This document shows, piece after piece, positions 26,154-37,203 of a stretch of DNA of 64,000 bases. The number at the start of each line of letters is the position of its first letter. The first letter of the stretch is position 1. Both the position numbers and the translations under genes were made by a program. The notes beneath the pieces were generated by a model. That model made no database searches. It had not been told where the DNA came from and was given only the letters and a program-made list of their open reading frames with translations. This stretch comes from an uncultured Lachnoanaerobaculum sp. (lineage in GTDB: Bacteria; Bacillota; Clostridia; Lachnospirales; Lachnospiraceae): the NCBI GenBank assembly GCA_938015485.1, contig CALLVU010000128.1, positions 4,427 through 68,426 of the forward strand. The letters run 5' to 3'.

Positions 26154-27551
26154 ATGAAATTAGAGTATAAAAAACGGATATATTGGTTGCTTAGGTTTAT
26201 ACTTATTATATGTGTAATCAATGTACTGACCGGATTCTATGAGTTTTGTACTTCGAGCAAAAATGCAAATGCAAACCAAATCATATGGAAAGGCGAGAGG
26301 TACAATAAGACCGAGACAGGATATCACAGTATAGATGAGCTTAAGTATTTGGTGGATATGCCGACAGATTGTGACGTGAAAGATATCTGGGCGGTGGCAA
26401 GTTATTATGCAAAGGATGACAGTGAGTGTGGTACAAGACTGAAGGAACTTAAGGGTATATATGATGAAGGTGGAGCAAAGGCTGTAGTAGAGGATATCAT
26501 GTCTAAAGATGTTGGAGATGATAAAAAGACTATGATGGAGTACCTGATAGTGGACGGTTGCCTAATAGAAAGCCTTGGTAACGACACGGAACTGCTTAAT
26601 AATGTCCTTGAACACTGCTATGACAGAGACTATGGATTCCTTGGATATAAAAGATATATTGATATAGGAAATAAGCTCTATAAAAAGAACGGGAAGCTTG
26701 AAAGAATTATTGAAGCATTTGAAACTTTAAGCAAGTATACAATTGATCGTGCAATTGTGATGCCAAAATCAGAAGATGGGGATGAAAGTGCAACTGAAAC
26801 GGTATACTATCATCGCATGATACAACTATTCCAGACATTCTCAAGCTTATCATATTTTGACGATAATCTTTTAGCGGCAAAATCATATCCCGGGATGGAT
26901 AATAAGAAATATGTTGTGAAGGCAGCTATAACAAAACATTATGATATTATTTTAAGTTATAAAAAATATAAATCATTTATAGATCTTGGACATATCAGTA
27001 TATATGGAAGATATAAGAATCTGAATATGATAATAAAGAGTGTATCAATTAGAGATTTGGATGATTTTGATATTACAAATTATATATCATTAAAAAGTCC
27101 TGCAACTTATATGGTAAATGATAAGTTAGTCAGTCTAAAAATTGTATCTGAAATTTTTAGACTTTGTGGTACCTATGTGATCGTATATGATTTGGATATA
27201 CATACGCTCGAAGGCTTAAGCTACGGATTTTATCCTGTACTTCCGGTGTATAGTTACTTTGATATATACAATGTAGTTGCATCTCCTGACAGTCACTATG
27301 TAGATACAATAGAAGCTATAAAAAATTTTAATACAAATTTTTCAAAAGGCGGTTATCTGGAAGAATTTGCAAATGATGTAGGCTACGATGAAAATAACCC
27401 GGTAACATTGGAAAATTTCGGTGAGAAGATAGATGAACTTTGCAATATGGAAGAAAAAGTTAATAGATTTTTGTATATAGGATATAATATCAATATAGAC
27501 AGTATTGTAAATGATTTTACCGGAAGAGAACCGTTGCATAAGAAAGATTAA
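26154..27551 (+). CDS. TM-anchored paralogue of the LXG-effector body lacking the LXG domain (cassette 1)
   Basis: 465 aa with its own RBS (AAGGAGAG). N-terminus MKLEYKKRIYWLLRFILIICVINVLTG (TM). Middle aligns to LXG2 residues ~190-400 (ELKGIYDEGGAKAVVEDIM / ELEEIYKLKGAKAVIQNIL; LYKKNGKLERI / IYKKNDKVDKI). C-terminal NFSKGGYLEEFANDVGYDENNPVTLENF. Confidence 0.7.
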   Translation: MKLEYKKRIYWLLRFILIICVINVLTGFYEFCTSSKNANANQIIWKGERYNKTETGYHSIDELKYLVDMPTDCDVKDIWAVASYYAKDDSECGTRLKELKGIYDEGGAKAVVEDIMSKDVGDDKKTMMEYLIVDGCLIESLGNDTELLNNVLEHCYDRDYGFLGYKRYIDIGNKLYKKNGKLERIIEAFETLSKYTIDRAIVMPKSEDGDESATETVYYHRMIQLFQTFSSLSYFDDNLLAAKSYPGMDNKKYVVKAAITKHYDIILSYKKYKSFIDLGHISIYGRYKNLNMIIKSVSIRDLDDFDITNYISLKSPATYMVNDKLVSLKIVSEIFRLCGTYVIVYDLDIHTLEGLSYGFYPVLPVYSYFDIYNVVASPDSHYVDTIEAIKNFNTNFSKGGYLEEFANDVGYDENNPVTLENFGEKIDELCNMEEKVNRFLYIGYNINIDSIVNDFTGREPLHKKD

Positions 27552-27557
27552 AAGGGG

Positions 27558-27611
27558 ATTTCCGAGAGCAATAGTGTTTATAAACCGGTTTTACGGTTAG
27601 GAGATACATAT
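27558..27611 (+). pseudogene. Scar of a deleted mini-LRR gene 3' end plus conserved inter-cassette RBS region
   Basis: TCCGAGAGCAATAGTGTTTATAAACCGGTTTTACGGTTAGGAGATACATAT matches 26102..26153 (end of 25671..26129 plus spacer). Confidence 0.65.
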
Positions 27612-28982
27612 ATGAAATTAGAGTATAAAAAGCGGATATATTGGTTGCTTAGGTTTATACTGATTGTATGCGTAGTCAATGTGCTGACCGGTATGTATGA
27701 AGTATTTACTTCCAACTATAATGTGACAGCAAACCAAATAATATGGAGAGGTGCAAGATACAACTGGTATGGAAATATATACCGTAATATAGACGAGCTT
27801 GAAAACTTATCCGAACTTCCAAAAGAGTGTGATATAAGGGATATTTGGGAGGTAGCAAGTTATTATGCAAAGGATGATGCCGAGTGTGAGTCAAGGCTTA
27901 GAGAGCTTGAAAATATATATAATGACCAAGGTGAAAAGCAAGTCATAGAAAATATTCTTGAGCATGATTTAGGCGATGATAAGAAAACAAGAATGGAATA
28001 TCTTATAGTAGCAGGAATCCTGACAAAAGATTTAGATAAAGGCACAGAATTATTGAATACTGCATTAAACTATTGTTTTGACAGGGACCTTGGAGTGCTC
28101 GGTTATAAAAGATACATTGACATTGGAGATAAGCTGTACAGAAAAAATGAAAAAGTAGAAGAGTTAATTAAAGCGTTTGAAATTTTAAGTAAATATACGG
28201 TTGATTATATGTCGAGTGCAGAAAAGATATTGGATGAAGACCGTAGAGATACATATATAAGGCAGTATTTCAGCATGATACAGCTGTTTCAAACATTTTC
28301 AGGTATAGAATACTTTGATAATAATCTTATATCGGAAAAATTATATGGAGGAGATAATAAGAAGTATATTATAAGAGCGGTTAAAAGTGATAGTACTGAT
28401 ATTTCGTTGCATTATAGAATGTATAAACCATTTATAAAGTTGGGGAAATTAGAGATATATGGTAGGTATAAAAATTTAGATATGCGGGTATATGGTTTAA
28501 TGATTGGAAGCCTGGATGATCGTGATGTAACAGATTATATTTCGCTGAAATATTTGTCAACGATGACATTTATTAGAAGACTTAATCATTTAGAAGCTAC
28601 TTCTGATATTTTCGAACTTTGTGCCGCATATACACTTGTATATGATACAGATATACATTTGATAGAAGGAACAGCTTATGCTATTTACCCGACATATAAA
28701 ATATTTGATTACCATGGTTATAAAGATATGGTTGATACAAAAGACGCTATAAGAAATTTCAACGCAAATTTTTCAAAAGGCGGATATTTTGGTGAGTTTG
28801 CAAAAGAGGTGGGATATGATGAAAACAATCCTATTACTGAAGAAAATTTTGGTGAAAGATTAGTTGAAATATTTGACATGCGATATAGATGTTATGAAGT
28901 TTTAGGTGAAGAATATGGTTATGATATTGACTGTATTACATTAGACTTGAGTGGTAAAGAACCGTTAAAAAGAAAAGAGTAA
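27612..28982 (+). CDS. TM-anchored paralogue of the LXG-effector body (cassette 2)
   Basis: 456 aa. N-terminus MKLEYKKRIYWLLRFILIVCVVNVLTG. C-terminal NFSKGGYFGEFAKEVGYDENNPITEENF. Confidence 0.7.
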   Translation: MKLEYKKRIYWLLRFILIVCVVNVLTGMYEVFTSNYNVTANQIIWRGARYNWYGNIYRNIDELENLSELPKECDIRDIWEVASYYAKDDAECESRLRELENIYNDQGEKQVIENILEHDLGDDKKTRMEYLIVAGILTKDLDKGTELLNTALNYCFDRDLGVLGYKRYIDIGDKLYRKNEKVEELIKAFEILSKYTVDYMSSAEKILDEDRRDTYIRQYFSMIQLFQTFSGIEYFDNNLISEKLYGGDNKKYIIRAVKSDSTDISLHYRMYKPFIKLGKLEIYGRYKNLDMRVYGLMIGSLDDRDVTDYISLKYLSTMTFIRRLNHLEATSDIFELCAAYTLVYDTDIHLIEGTAYAIYPTYKIFDYHGYKDMVDTKDAIRNFNANFSKGGYFGEFAKEVGYDENNPITEENFGERLVEIFDMRYRCYEVLGEEYGYDIDCITLDLSGKEPLKRKE

Positions 28983-28994
28983 AGGGAGAAGATT

Positions 28995-29111
28995 ATGGCG
29001 GAATATACTATGGATGACAGCAACAGAGGATATTATCTGTGGGTAGACAATCCGTTTTGGGCAGACTTTGTCAATCCTGATGATGTTATGACTACAGAAA
29101 GTGAAAAGTAA
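28995..29111 (+). pseudogene. Chimeric micro-ORF: glpK RBS plus codons 1-5 fused in frame to the last 33 codons of a 24231-type lipoprotein gene
   Basis: MAEYT|MDDSNRGYYLWVDNPFWADFVNPDDVMTTESEK*. 28960..29008 matches 31079..31127. The remainder matches 24708..24812. Confidence 0.8.
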
Positions 29112-29126
29112 TACTATTGTTTAGAG

Positions 29127-29157
29127 CCCCTATTTGAAAGGGTATGGGGGTTCTTTT
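29127..29157 (+). terminator. Rho-independent terminator-like hairpin
   Basis: CCCCTAT / ATGGGGG stem (one G-U pair) followed by TTCTTTT. Confidence 0.45.
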
Positions 29158-29256
29158 AATATATAAAAATATTGAAATATAGCAAAAATATTTATAAAAT
29201 AAACATATAATAATAACTGAAATGTACGTGATTTTAAACAGGAGGAAGAATTAAAT

Positions 29257-29715
29257 ATGAGCTACACAATAACATTTTATTTAGGCATATTTATAATTAT
29301 TCTAATATTTTTAATGGAGAGAGTAGCATTTTTTAAGGACGAAGAATTCTTGAGGGCTGTGAGAGATACTATGGGTAAAGATCGTATATCTTTGGCAAAA
29401 AGACGAGAAAAGCCAATAAAGGGTATTATCCGGAAGAGTCCTTTGAGGAAAATAAAATTTCTGTCTATAAATTTTAAAGACTATCATGTGAAAGATATTA
29501 CTGATTTAGGATATTTTAAGAATGTTGAAACTATAATACTAACATATATGGGTGATGATGAGGAGGATATAGGCACATATGAAGAAGAGAATGTACTTGA
29601 TAATTTGCATTTTGTGAAAAATTTTAAGAACTTGAGAAGAGTACAGTTATATCATCTAAAGATAAATTGTGATGTAAAAGCTGTATGCCCAAATGCAAAA
29701 GTATTTATAGACTAG
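29257..29715 (+). CDS. TM-anchored mini-LRR protein (cassette 3)
   Basis: 152 aa with RBS GGAGG. Close paralogue of 25671..26129. Confidence 0.6.
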   Translation: MSYTITFYLGIFIIILIFLMERVAFFKDEEFLRAVRDTMGKDRISLAKRREKPIKGIIRKSPLRKIKFLSINFKDYHVKDITDLGYFKNVETIILTYMGDDEEDIGTYEEENVLDNLHFVKNFKNLRRVQLYHLKINCDVKAVCPNAKVFID

Positions 29716-29739
29716 TTTTAGCATTAAGGAGGGATTTGC

Positions 29740-31101
29740 GTGAAGTTAAAGTACAGAAATAGAATATATATTGCCTTAATATTGATACTTGTTGTATGTA
29801 TAATCAATGTATTGACAGGCATGTACGAACTAATGTCTTCAGACTATAATGTGATAGCGAATCAAATAATATGGAACGGAGCAAGATATAACAGGGATGA
29901 AAATGAATATAAAAGAATAGATAATCTTGAAAATATAGTAGAAATTCCAAAAGATTGCGATGTAAAAGATATATGGGCAGTGGCAAGTTATTATGCAAAG
30001 GATGATGTCGAGTGTGATGCGAGATTAAAAGAACTTGAAAAAATATATGATACCGAGGGGAAGAAGGCTACTGTAGAAAATATTTTGTCCCAAGAATTAG
30101 GCAACAATAAAAAGACTGTTATGGAGTATCTGATAGTAGACGGTATTTTGATATCAAGCTTAAGAGAGGATGAGAAACTACTGAATACTGTGCTTGAATA
30201 CTGCTTTGACCGTGACTATGGATTTTTTGGGTATAAGAGATATATCGATATCGGAAATAAGCTGTACAGAAAAAATGAAAAGCTGGAAGAGATTATTAAG
30301 GCGTTTGAAATTTTAAGCAAATATACGATAGACCGTGCAATTGCGATTCCTGAAGCAAAAGATGAGGATGAAGGTGCGGTAGAAACGGGATATTATCATG
30401 GTATGATACAACTATTTCAGGCATTTTCGAGTATGTCATATTTTGCTGATGATCTTTTATTGGAAAGGTCGTATCCGCACGGTGATAATCGGAAATATAT
30501 TGTCAGGGCAACTATAAAAGAAGATTATGATATTGTCTTATCATACAAGAAGTATAAATCATTTATAAACCTTGGAAATATCAGTATATATGGTAAATAT
30601 AAAAATTTGAATATGATTGTGCAATATACGGGTTTCGGTTATTTGGATTATCGAGATATTGAAGAGAATATAGAGTTTAGAAGTATTGCAATTAGAAAAG
30701 TATATGATAAGTTATTCGAAATAGATATTATGTCAGATCATTTTGGATTGCGTAGTACATATGTGCTTATATATGATACGGATATGAATACAATAGAGGG
30801 GTTCAGCTATGGTATTTATCCGGGATTTGCTCTTTTTAATGAAACCAATACAGACACTCCGGAGGCTATAAGAAATTTCAACACAAATTTTTCAAAAGGC
30901 GGTTATTTTGGTGAGTTTGCAAATGAGGTGGGATATGATGAAAACAATCCGCTTACTTTAGAAAACTTTGGTGAGAGAATGGATGAAATATGGGATATGA
31001 ATAAGAAAACTTTAAAAGTATTGGGAAAAGACTACAATATCAGTATGGAAATGATTGTAATGGACTTGAGTGGGGAAGAACCGTTAAAAAGAAAAGAGTA
31101 A
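29740..31101 (+). CDS. TM-anchored paralogue of the LXG-effector body (cassette 3)
   Basis: GTG start after AAGGAGGG. 453 aa. MKLKYRNRIYIALILILVVCIINVLTG. C-terminal NFSKGGYFGEFANEVGYDENNPLTLENF. Confidence 0.7.
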   Translation: MKLKYRNRIYIALILILVVCIINVLTGMYELMSSDYNVIANQIIWNGARYNRDENEYKRIDNLENIVEIPKDCDVKDIWAVASYYAKDDVECDARLKELEKIYDTEGKKATVENILSQELGNNKKTVMEYLIVDGILISSLREDEKLLNTVLEYCFDRDYGFFGYKRYIDIGNKLYRKNEKLEEIIKAFEILSKYTIDRAIAIPEAKDEDEGAVETGYYHGMIQLFQAFSSMSYFADDLLLERSYPHGDNRKYIVRATIKEDYDIVLSYKKYKSFINLGNISIYGKYKNLNMIVQYTGFGYLDYRDIEENIEFRSIAIRKVYDKLFEIDIMSDHFGLRSTYVLIYDTDMNTIEGFSYGIYPGFALFNETNTDTPEAIRNFNTNFSKGGYFGEFANEVGYDENNPLTLENFGERMDEIWDMNKKTLKVLGKDYNISMEMIVMDLSGEEPLKRKE

Positions 31102-32610
<1,509 letters not shown>

Positions 32611-32615
32611 TATAA

Positions 32616-32651
32616 AAAGGCATTGATTTAGTGTGAAAAATCAATGCCTTT
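32616..32651. terminator. Bidirectional hairpin terminator between convergent glpK and chorismate mutase genes
   Basis: AAAGGCATTGATTT (32616..32629) / AAATCAATGCCTTT (32638..32651), a 14-bp perfect stem. Confidence 0.7.
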
Positions 32652-32661
32652 AAGTATTGGC

Positions 32662-32937
32662 TTATTGCTTGGAGATTAAATTTTGCTGGAATTTTTTGCT
32701 GATTTCCATGATGTCTTTGATAAAGTCGATGGCGCTGTCTGTATATTCCTTGTTTTTTACGATGGATTTTACTTTTGATATTACGATATCCTCTCTGTTT
32801 TGATTCAGAATGGGAAGATTATTCTTTATTTTGTATTCTGCAATATCATTTACTACATCCATTCTCTCTTCAAAGAGCGCTATAAGTTCTTTGTCTATGG
32901 TATCAATTCTTTCACGTAGATTTTCTAATTCATTCAT
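32662..32937 (-). CDS. Chorismate mutase (AroQ class)
   Basis: 91 aa. LENLRERIDTIDKELIALFEERMDVVNDIAEYKIKNNLPILNQNRE is a typical CM_2 domain. Confidence 0.85.
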   Translation of the reverse strand: MNELENLRERIDTIDKELIALFEERMDVVNDIAEYKIKNNLPILNQNREDIVISKVKSIVKNKEYTDSAIDFIKDIMEISKKFQQNLISKQ

Positions 32938-33145
32938 AAGTACTCCTTAATTTAAATAAAGCTTTAACTGAATCTATTTTGACTTATTTGATAATAAAAG
33001 TAAATATAAGATTTTAATATTTTAAAGATAATTAACACAAAAAGCAGTGACGGTTCATATTTAATTGTGTACAATGAGTTTTTATGATGATATAATATGA
33101 ATCTGTAAATTTGACAAGTTTTGATTAATTTGAAAGAAGGATATT

Positions 33146-33544
33146 ATGACTGAGGAAATAAAGAATATTTTTATGGAAGCACAAAAGGGTGAGCTTGATG
33201 CTGTTATCATGTATAACATGCTGGTAGATGCTATGGGAAGTGAAAATAAGGAAATAGCAGAGAGTCTTCGTAAGATTGCTAAGGATGAGGGAAAGCATGC
33301 AGCAATATTTAAGAAACTTACAGGAGAGGCGGTAGTACCTGATGATGCACAGGCGAAGTATGTTTGTGGGCTTTTACCCGCTATAGGTGCAAAAACATTG
33401 TTTGCAAATATGGCAAAGGGTGAGTATGATTCTATAGAAAAGTTTAAGGTTCTGCAGGATGAATACCCGGAGTTAAGAGTAATTGTAGAGGATGAACCGA
33501 AACATGGAGATGCACTTATTAAGATGAGTGAAATTACAGGTTAA
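33146..33544 (+). CDS. Ferritin-like/rubrerythrin-family protein
   Basis: 132 aa. Paired E..H motifs (AKDEGKHAAIF; EDEPKHGDAL) typical of di-iron four-helix bundles. Confidence 0.6.
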   Translation: MTEEIKNIFMEAQKGELDAVIMYNMLVDAMGSENKEIAESLRKIAKDEGKHAAIFKKLTGEAVVPDDAQAKYVCGLLPAIGAKTLFANMAKGEYDSIEKFKVLQDEYPELRVIVEDEPKHGDALIKMSEITG

Positions 33545-33563
33545 TAATGTATAGTAATAAATT

Positions 33564-33587
33564 CTGCCTGATTTAAGGCAGTTTTTT
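33564..33587 (+). terminator. Rho-independent terminator
   Basis: CTGCCT..AGGCAG hairpin followed by TTTTTT. Confidence 0.6.
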
Positions 33588-33624
33588 CATTTGACAAAAG
33601 CGGAAAAATAAATATAATTAAACC

Positions 33625-34560
33625 ATGGAATACAAAAAATTAAATTTTAAACAATTAGTAGCGGATGACATACAAAAGTATGCAGGGTTTTATGGACTCA
33701 GGCCCAATAAGACCTGTGACAGTGTAGAGCTTGAGAGTTTTATATGGAAAGATTATTATAATGTGCGAGCAACTATCGCAATGAGAGACGGTAAGGAGGT
33801 CGGACTTCTTTGGCTTATGGGAGATGAGGACAGGCCTTTTGCAGCTATGCCGCTTTGCAAAGAAGAAGACCTTGAGTACTGTTTCAATTTAATGGTGGAG
33901 TATTTTAATAAAGAGCTTGACCTGCCTTTAAAGATTCACTTGGCGGATGAGGAAGGAATAAAAGTATTGAATTTGCCGGAGGATAAATTTATAGTAAGGC
34001 AGGAGGAGGATGCAAAGGACTATCTCTATGAGGGAGATAAGTTGAGGAATCTTTCCGGAAAGAAGCTTCACAAGAAGAAAAATCATTACAATAATTTCCT
34101 TAAGACTTACGGTGACAGATATGAGTACAGAGTACTTGGATGCAATCCTACAGACAGGGACGATGTTTTCAAGTTCTTGGATAAGTGGAGAGAGAAAAAG
34201 GGAGAGGAAGTTGAAAAGCACCTTGATCCTGAGGTGGAAGGAATACATGATATTTTGCTTCACTGTACAAAGTTAAACATCAGAATGGGAGCAATATATA
34301 TTGACGGCGAGATGGAGGCGTTTTCTATAGGAAGTTATAATAAGCTTGAAGATATGGCTGTAATACATATCGAGAAGGCAAACCCTGAGATAAACGGTCT
34401 GTATCAGGCCATCAACAAGGAGTTTTTGGAGCATGAGTTTCCGAATGTCAGCCTTGTAAATCGTGAGGACGACCTTGGACTTGAGGGACTTCGCCGTGCA
34501 AAGCAAAGCTATTATCCGGTGGACTATGCAAGAAAGTATTATGTTGAACAAAAAAGGTAA
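33625..34560 (+). CDS. DUF2156 (LPG-synthase C-terminal-like) domain protein
   Basis: 311 aa. The N-terminal pattern ..ESFIWKDYYNVRATIA.. and the size fit DUF2156 as I recall. Followed by a GNAT gene. Confidence 0.5.
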   Translation: MEYKKLNFKQLVADDIQKYAGFYGLRPNKTCDSVELESFIWKDYYNVRATIAMRDGKEVGLLWLMGDEDRPFAAMPLCKEEDLEYCFNLMVEYFNKELDLPLKIHLADEEGIKVLNLPEDKFIVRQEEDAKDYLYEGDKLRNLSGKKLHKKKNHYNNFLKTYGDRYEYRVLGCNPTDRDDVFKFLDKWREKKGEEVEKHLDPEVEGIHDILLHCTKLNIRMGAIYIDGEMEAFSIGSYNKLEDMAVIHIEKANPEINGLYQAINKEFLEHEFPNVSLVNREDDLGLEGLRRAKQSYYPVDYARKYYVEQKR

Positions 34561-34563
34561 TAT

Positions 34564-35607
34564 ATGATAAAGTATTTGAAAAAAGAAGAAAAAGTACTTA
34601 CAAAGCCTCTGTATAAGGAGGCTTTTTTTGAAGATTCCGATAATTTTGTAGAGTACTATTATAATGAAAAGACAAAGGACAACAGGATTTTGGCGGATAT
34701 AGAGGGTGAGAGTATAAAATCTATGATTATGCTGAACCCTTATATGGTATCGGTCTTAGGAAAGAAATACGGCCTTGATTATATAGTGGCGGTTGCCACA
34801 AAGAAGGAGTATAAAAGGCAGGGATATATGAGAAGGCTTCTTGACAAAGTTCTCATTGATATGAACAGTGAAAAGGTTCCTTTTACCTACCTCATACCGG
34901 CAAATAAGGACTATTATCTGCCTTTTGATTTTGCATTTGTCGCAAGGAAAAATGTTTATGATGTAGATTTATCCTCTTTTAAAAAGTCTGTATTAAAGGG
35001 CGTAAAGTCTGAGTCTAAAGAGGCTTGTAAGATTCTTAGATTTATAAACAATGAGGTTTCAAAGGACAATGATGTATATACATATAGGGATATGCATTAT
35101 TTTGAGAGGGAGTTAAAAGAGATAGCTTCCGAGAACGGGTTTATAAATATCTACCGTGGAGGTGATGAAATCGTGGCCTATGAGTCTTTTTGGGGGCTTG
35201 AAAAGATTGAACTGAAAGAGAGAATAGTCTCATCAAGTATTGCAAAGAGAGAGTACGGCAAAGAGAATATAATGGTAAGAATCACAGATGTGGCAGAGCT
35301 TTTGTCAAATTTCAGATCAAACAAGGATATAGATATAATTATAAAGATAAATGACAATATTGTTGAAGCGCAGAATGCCTGCTTTAGAGTACAGATGGGT
35401 AAAGATTTCGCAAATGTATGTAAGATATCCGATGCAAAGGATAGTGCTTTTGTTGAGTTTGATATTGCGGATTTTACAGCTTTTATTTTCGGCTATATTG
35501 ATGATGTAAATTTTAATATTGTAAATTTTGTAGACAAATCTATTGCAAAAGATTCACTTGATTCTATAAATAAAATCAGTGGAATATTTATAAATGAACT
35601 TGTATAA
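34564..35607 (+). CDS. GNAT-family acetyltransferase (Eis-like architecture)
   Basis: 347 aa. YIVAVATKKEYKRQGYMRRLLDKVL is an acetyl-CoA-binding motif A. Confidence 0.65.
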   Translation: MIKYLKKEEKVLTKPLYKEAFFEDSDNFVEYYYNEKTKDNRILADIEGESIKSMIMLNPYMVSVLGKKYGLDYIVAVATKKEYKRQGYMRRLLDKVLIDMNSEKVPFTYLIPANKDYYLPFDFAFVARKNVYDVDLSSFKKSVLKGVKSESKEACKILRFINNEVSKDNDVYTYRDMHYFERELKEIASENGFINIYRGGDEIVAYESFWGLEKIELKERIVSSSIAKREYGKENIMVRITDVAELLSNFRSNKDIDIIIKINDNIVEAQNACFRVQMGKDFANVCKISDAKDSAFVEFDIADFTAFIFGYIDDVNFNIVNFVDKSIAKDSLDSINKISGIFINELV

Positions 35608-35705
35608 TAGGCGTTGATGCATAAAAGCTTGTAAGAGGAAATATTGATTTGATTATAATGTTAAGAAGCTTTACTTTATTATGCAGATAGGAAGAAGGGT
35701 GTAGA

Positions 35706-36350
35706 ATGAAAAATCCATTACATTATCAAATATCTGAGTATGACTGCGGTCCTACATCAATGCTCAATGCACTGAGCTTTCTATTTGAGAGAGAGGATAT
35801 CCCGCCGGAGGTCATCAGAAACGTTATGCTTTATACACTGGATTGTTACAGTAATGAGGGGCATCCGGGTAAGAGCGGTACGTCACCGATGGCAATGATG
35901 TTTTTAAGTAATTGGCTCAATAGGTTCAGAGATATTAAGCAGCTTAATGTTATATGTGAATATATTACAGGTGAACAGGTCTTTATCGGTGAGACAAGTC
36001 GTATAAATGATGCTCTTACAAGAGGCGGTGCCGTTGTGGTAAGGCTTTTTTATGACGTGCCTCATTATGCGCTGCTTACCGGCGTGGATGAGAACAACAT
36101 CTATATGTTTGACCCTTATTATGAGGATGAGTTTACAGATGAGCACTGGTCACAGTTCATACCGGAGGGGGATGTGGAGCTTGTGCTTGATCAGCCGCTT
36201 AGGTATAATCGCATTGTACCTTTCGGCTACTTTAACAGAGAAGAGGACTTACTCTACGCCCTTGGAAAGTTTGAAAACCGTGAGGCGGTAATACTTTATA
36301 ACGAAAGAACTGAAAAGACTCCGGAGAAGACGATAGAGTACTTTATATAA
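35706..36350 (+). CDS. C39-like papain-fold cysteine peptidase domain protein
   Basis: 214 aa. N-terminal YQISEYDCGPTSMLNAL (Q..C catalytic pattern), later HYALL. Confidence 0.5.
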   Translation: MKNPLHYQISEYDCGPTSMLNALSFLFEREDIPPEVIRNVMLYTLDCYSNEGHPGKSGTSPMAMMFLSNWLNRFRDIKQLNVICEYITGEQVFIGETSRINDALTRGGAVVVRLFYDVPHYALLTGVDENNIYMFDPYYEDEFTDEHWSQFIPEGDVELVLDQPLRYNRIVPFGYFNREEDLLYALGKFENREAVILYNERTEKTPEKTIEYFI

Positions 36351-36468
36351 TATAATTCAGGCAGTTAATCTAATGATTGGCTGTCTTTTTTAGAATTACT
36401 ACCAAAGTCCGAAAAAATGTACAGCATGTCTGATATGATAATTACAGTATATATTAACGGAGGTAATT

Positions 36469-37089
36469 ATGTCCGGATTAGCTAATATTGTGGTGTATGA
36501 AGAGAACAAGGGGATTTTAAAGAACAACGGATTTTATAATGACGGGAGGTGGCTATAAAAGCGGGGCTTGCGCACAGGAAGAGTGTCTCTGCAGGCAGAG
36601 TACTTTGTATGAATCTATAAGGTCACCCAAGGCTTCCGGGATGTATAAGTATAATTTTAAATTTGGAACGGCATTTGATTCCGATTATATGCTTCTGTCA
36701 CCTGTGGTAGATGTATTTAGAAATAACCTTATACCACATCCGTTATGACTATTCCTGCACCGAATCTGTTTGACAGGGCATATGGACAGTCAAAAGAGGC
36801 CCTTGATAGGGTGATGAAGAAAAGGATTAGACAATATCTGTACTGTGCTGCAAGATTCGGATACAGAACAATTACATTGGGAGCATGGGGTTGCGGAGTA
36901 TTCGGACATGACGCCCACAATGTTGCAGGATATTTTAAGGAATTGCTCGTTGAAGAAAAAATGTGGAAGCTGTTTGATAAAATTATATTTGCTGTTTATG
37001 GAAGAGGAAACAGCGAGTATAACTATAAAATGTTTAAAGAGGTATTGGGAGAAGTCAGTAAAAGTAGCACACATGTGGACGCATTATGA
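36469..37089 (+). pseudogene. Bacterial-type PARG-like macrodomain gene (TIGR02452/DUF2263), internally deleted and frameshifted
   Basis: Three frames: MSGLANIVVYEENKGILKNNGFY.. / GGGYKSGACAQEECLCRQSTLY (GGG-x6-8-QEE signature) / TIPAPN..ITLGAWGCGVFGHD. Frame changes near 36539 and 36745. Confidence 0.7.
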
Positions 37090-37203
37090 GGGAATAAAAT
37101 AATAATTGAAAAATACAATCTTTGTGATACAATAGTCCTTAACAATATATGTTAAAGTTTTGACATAGTTTCAAAGCTTGGCGGTTTTAATGGAGGTTTT
37201 GTT

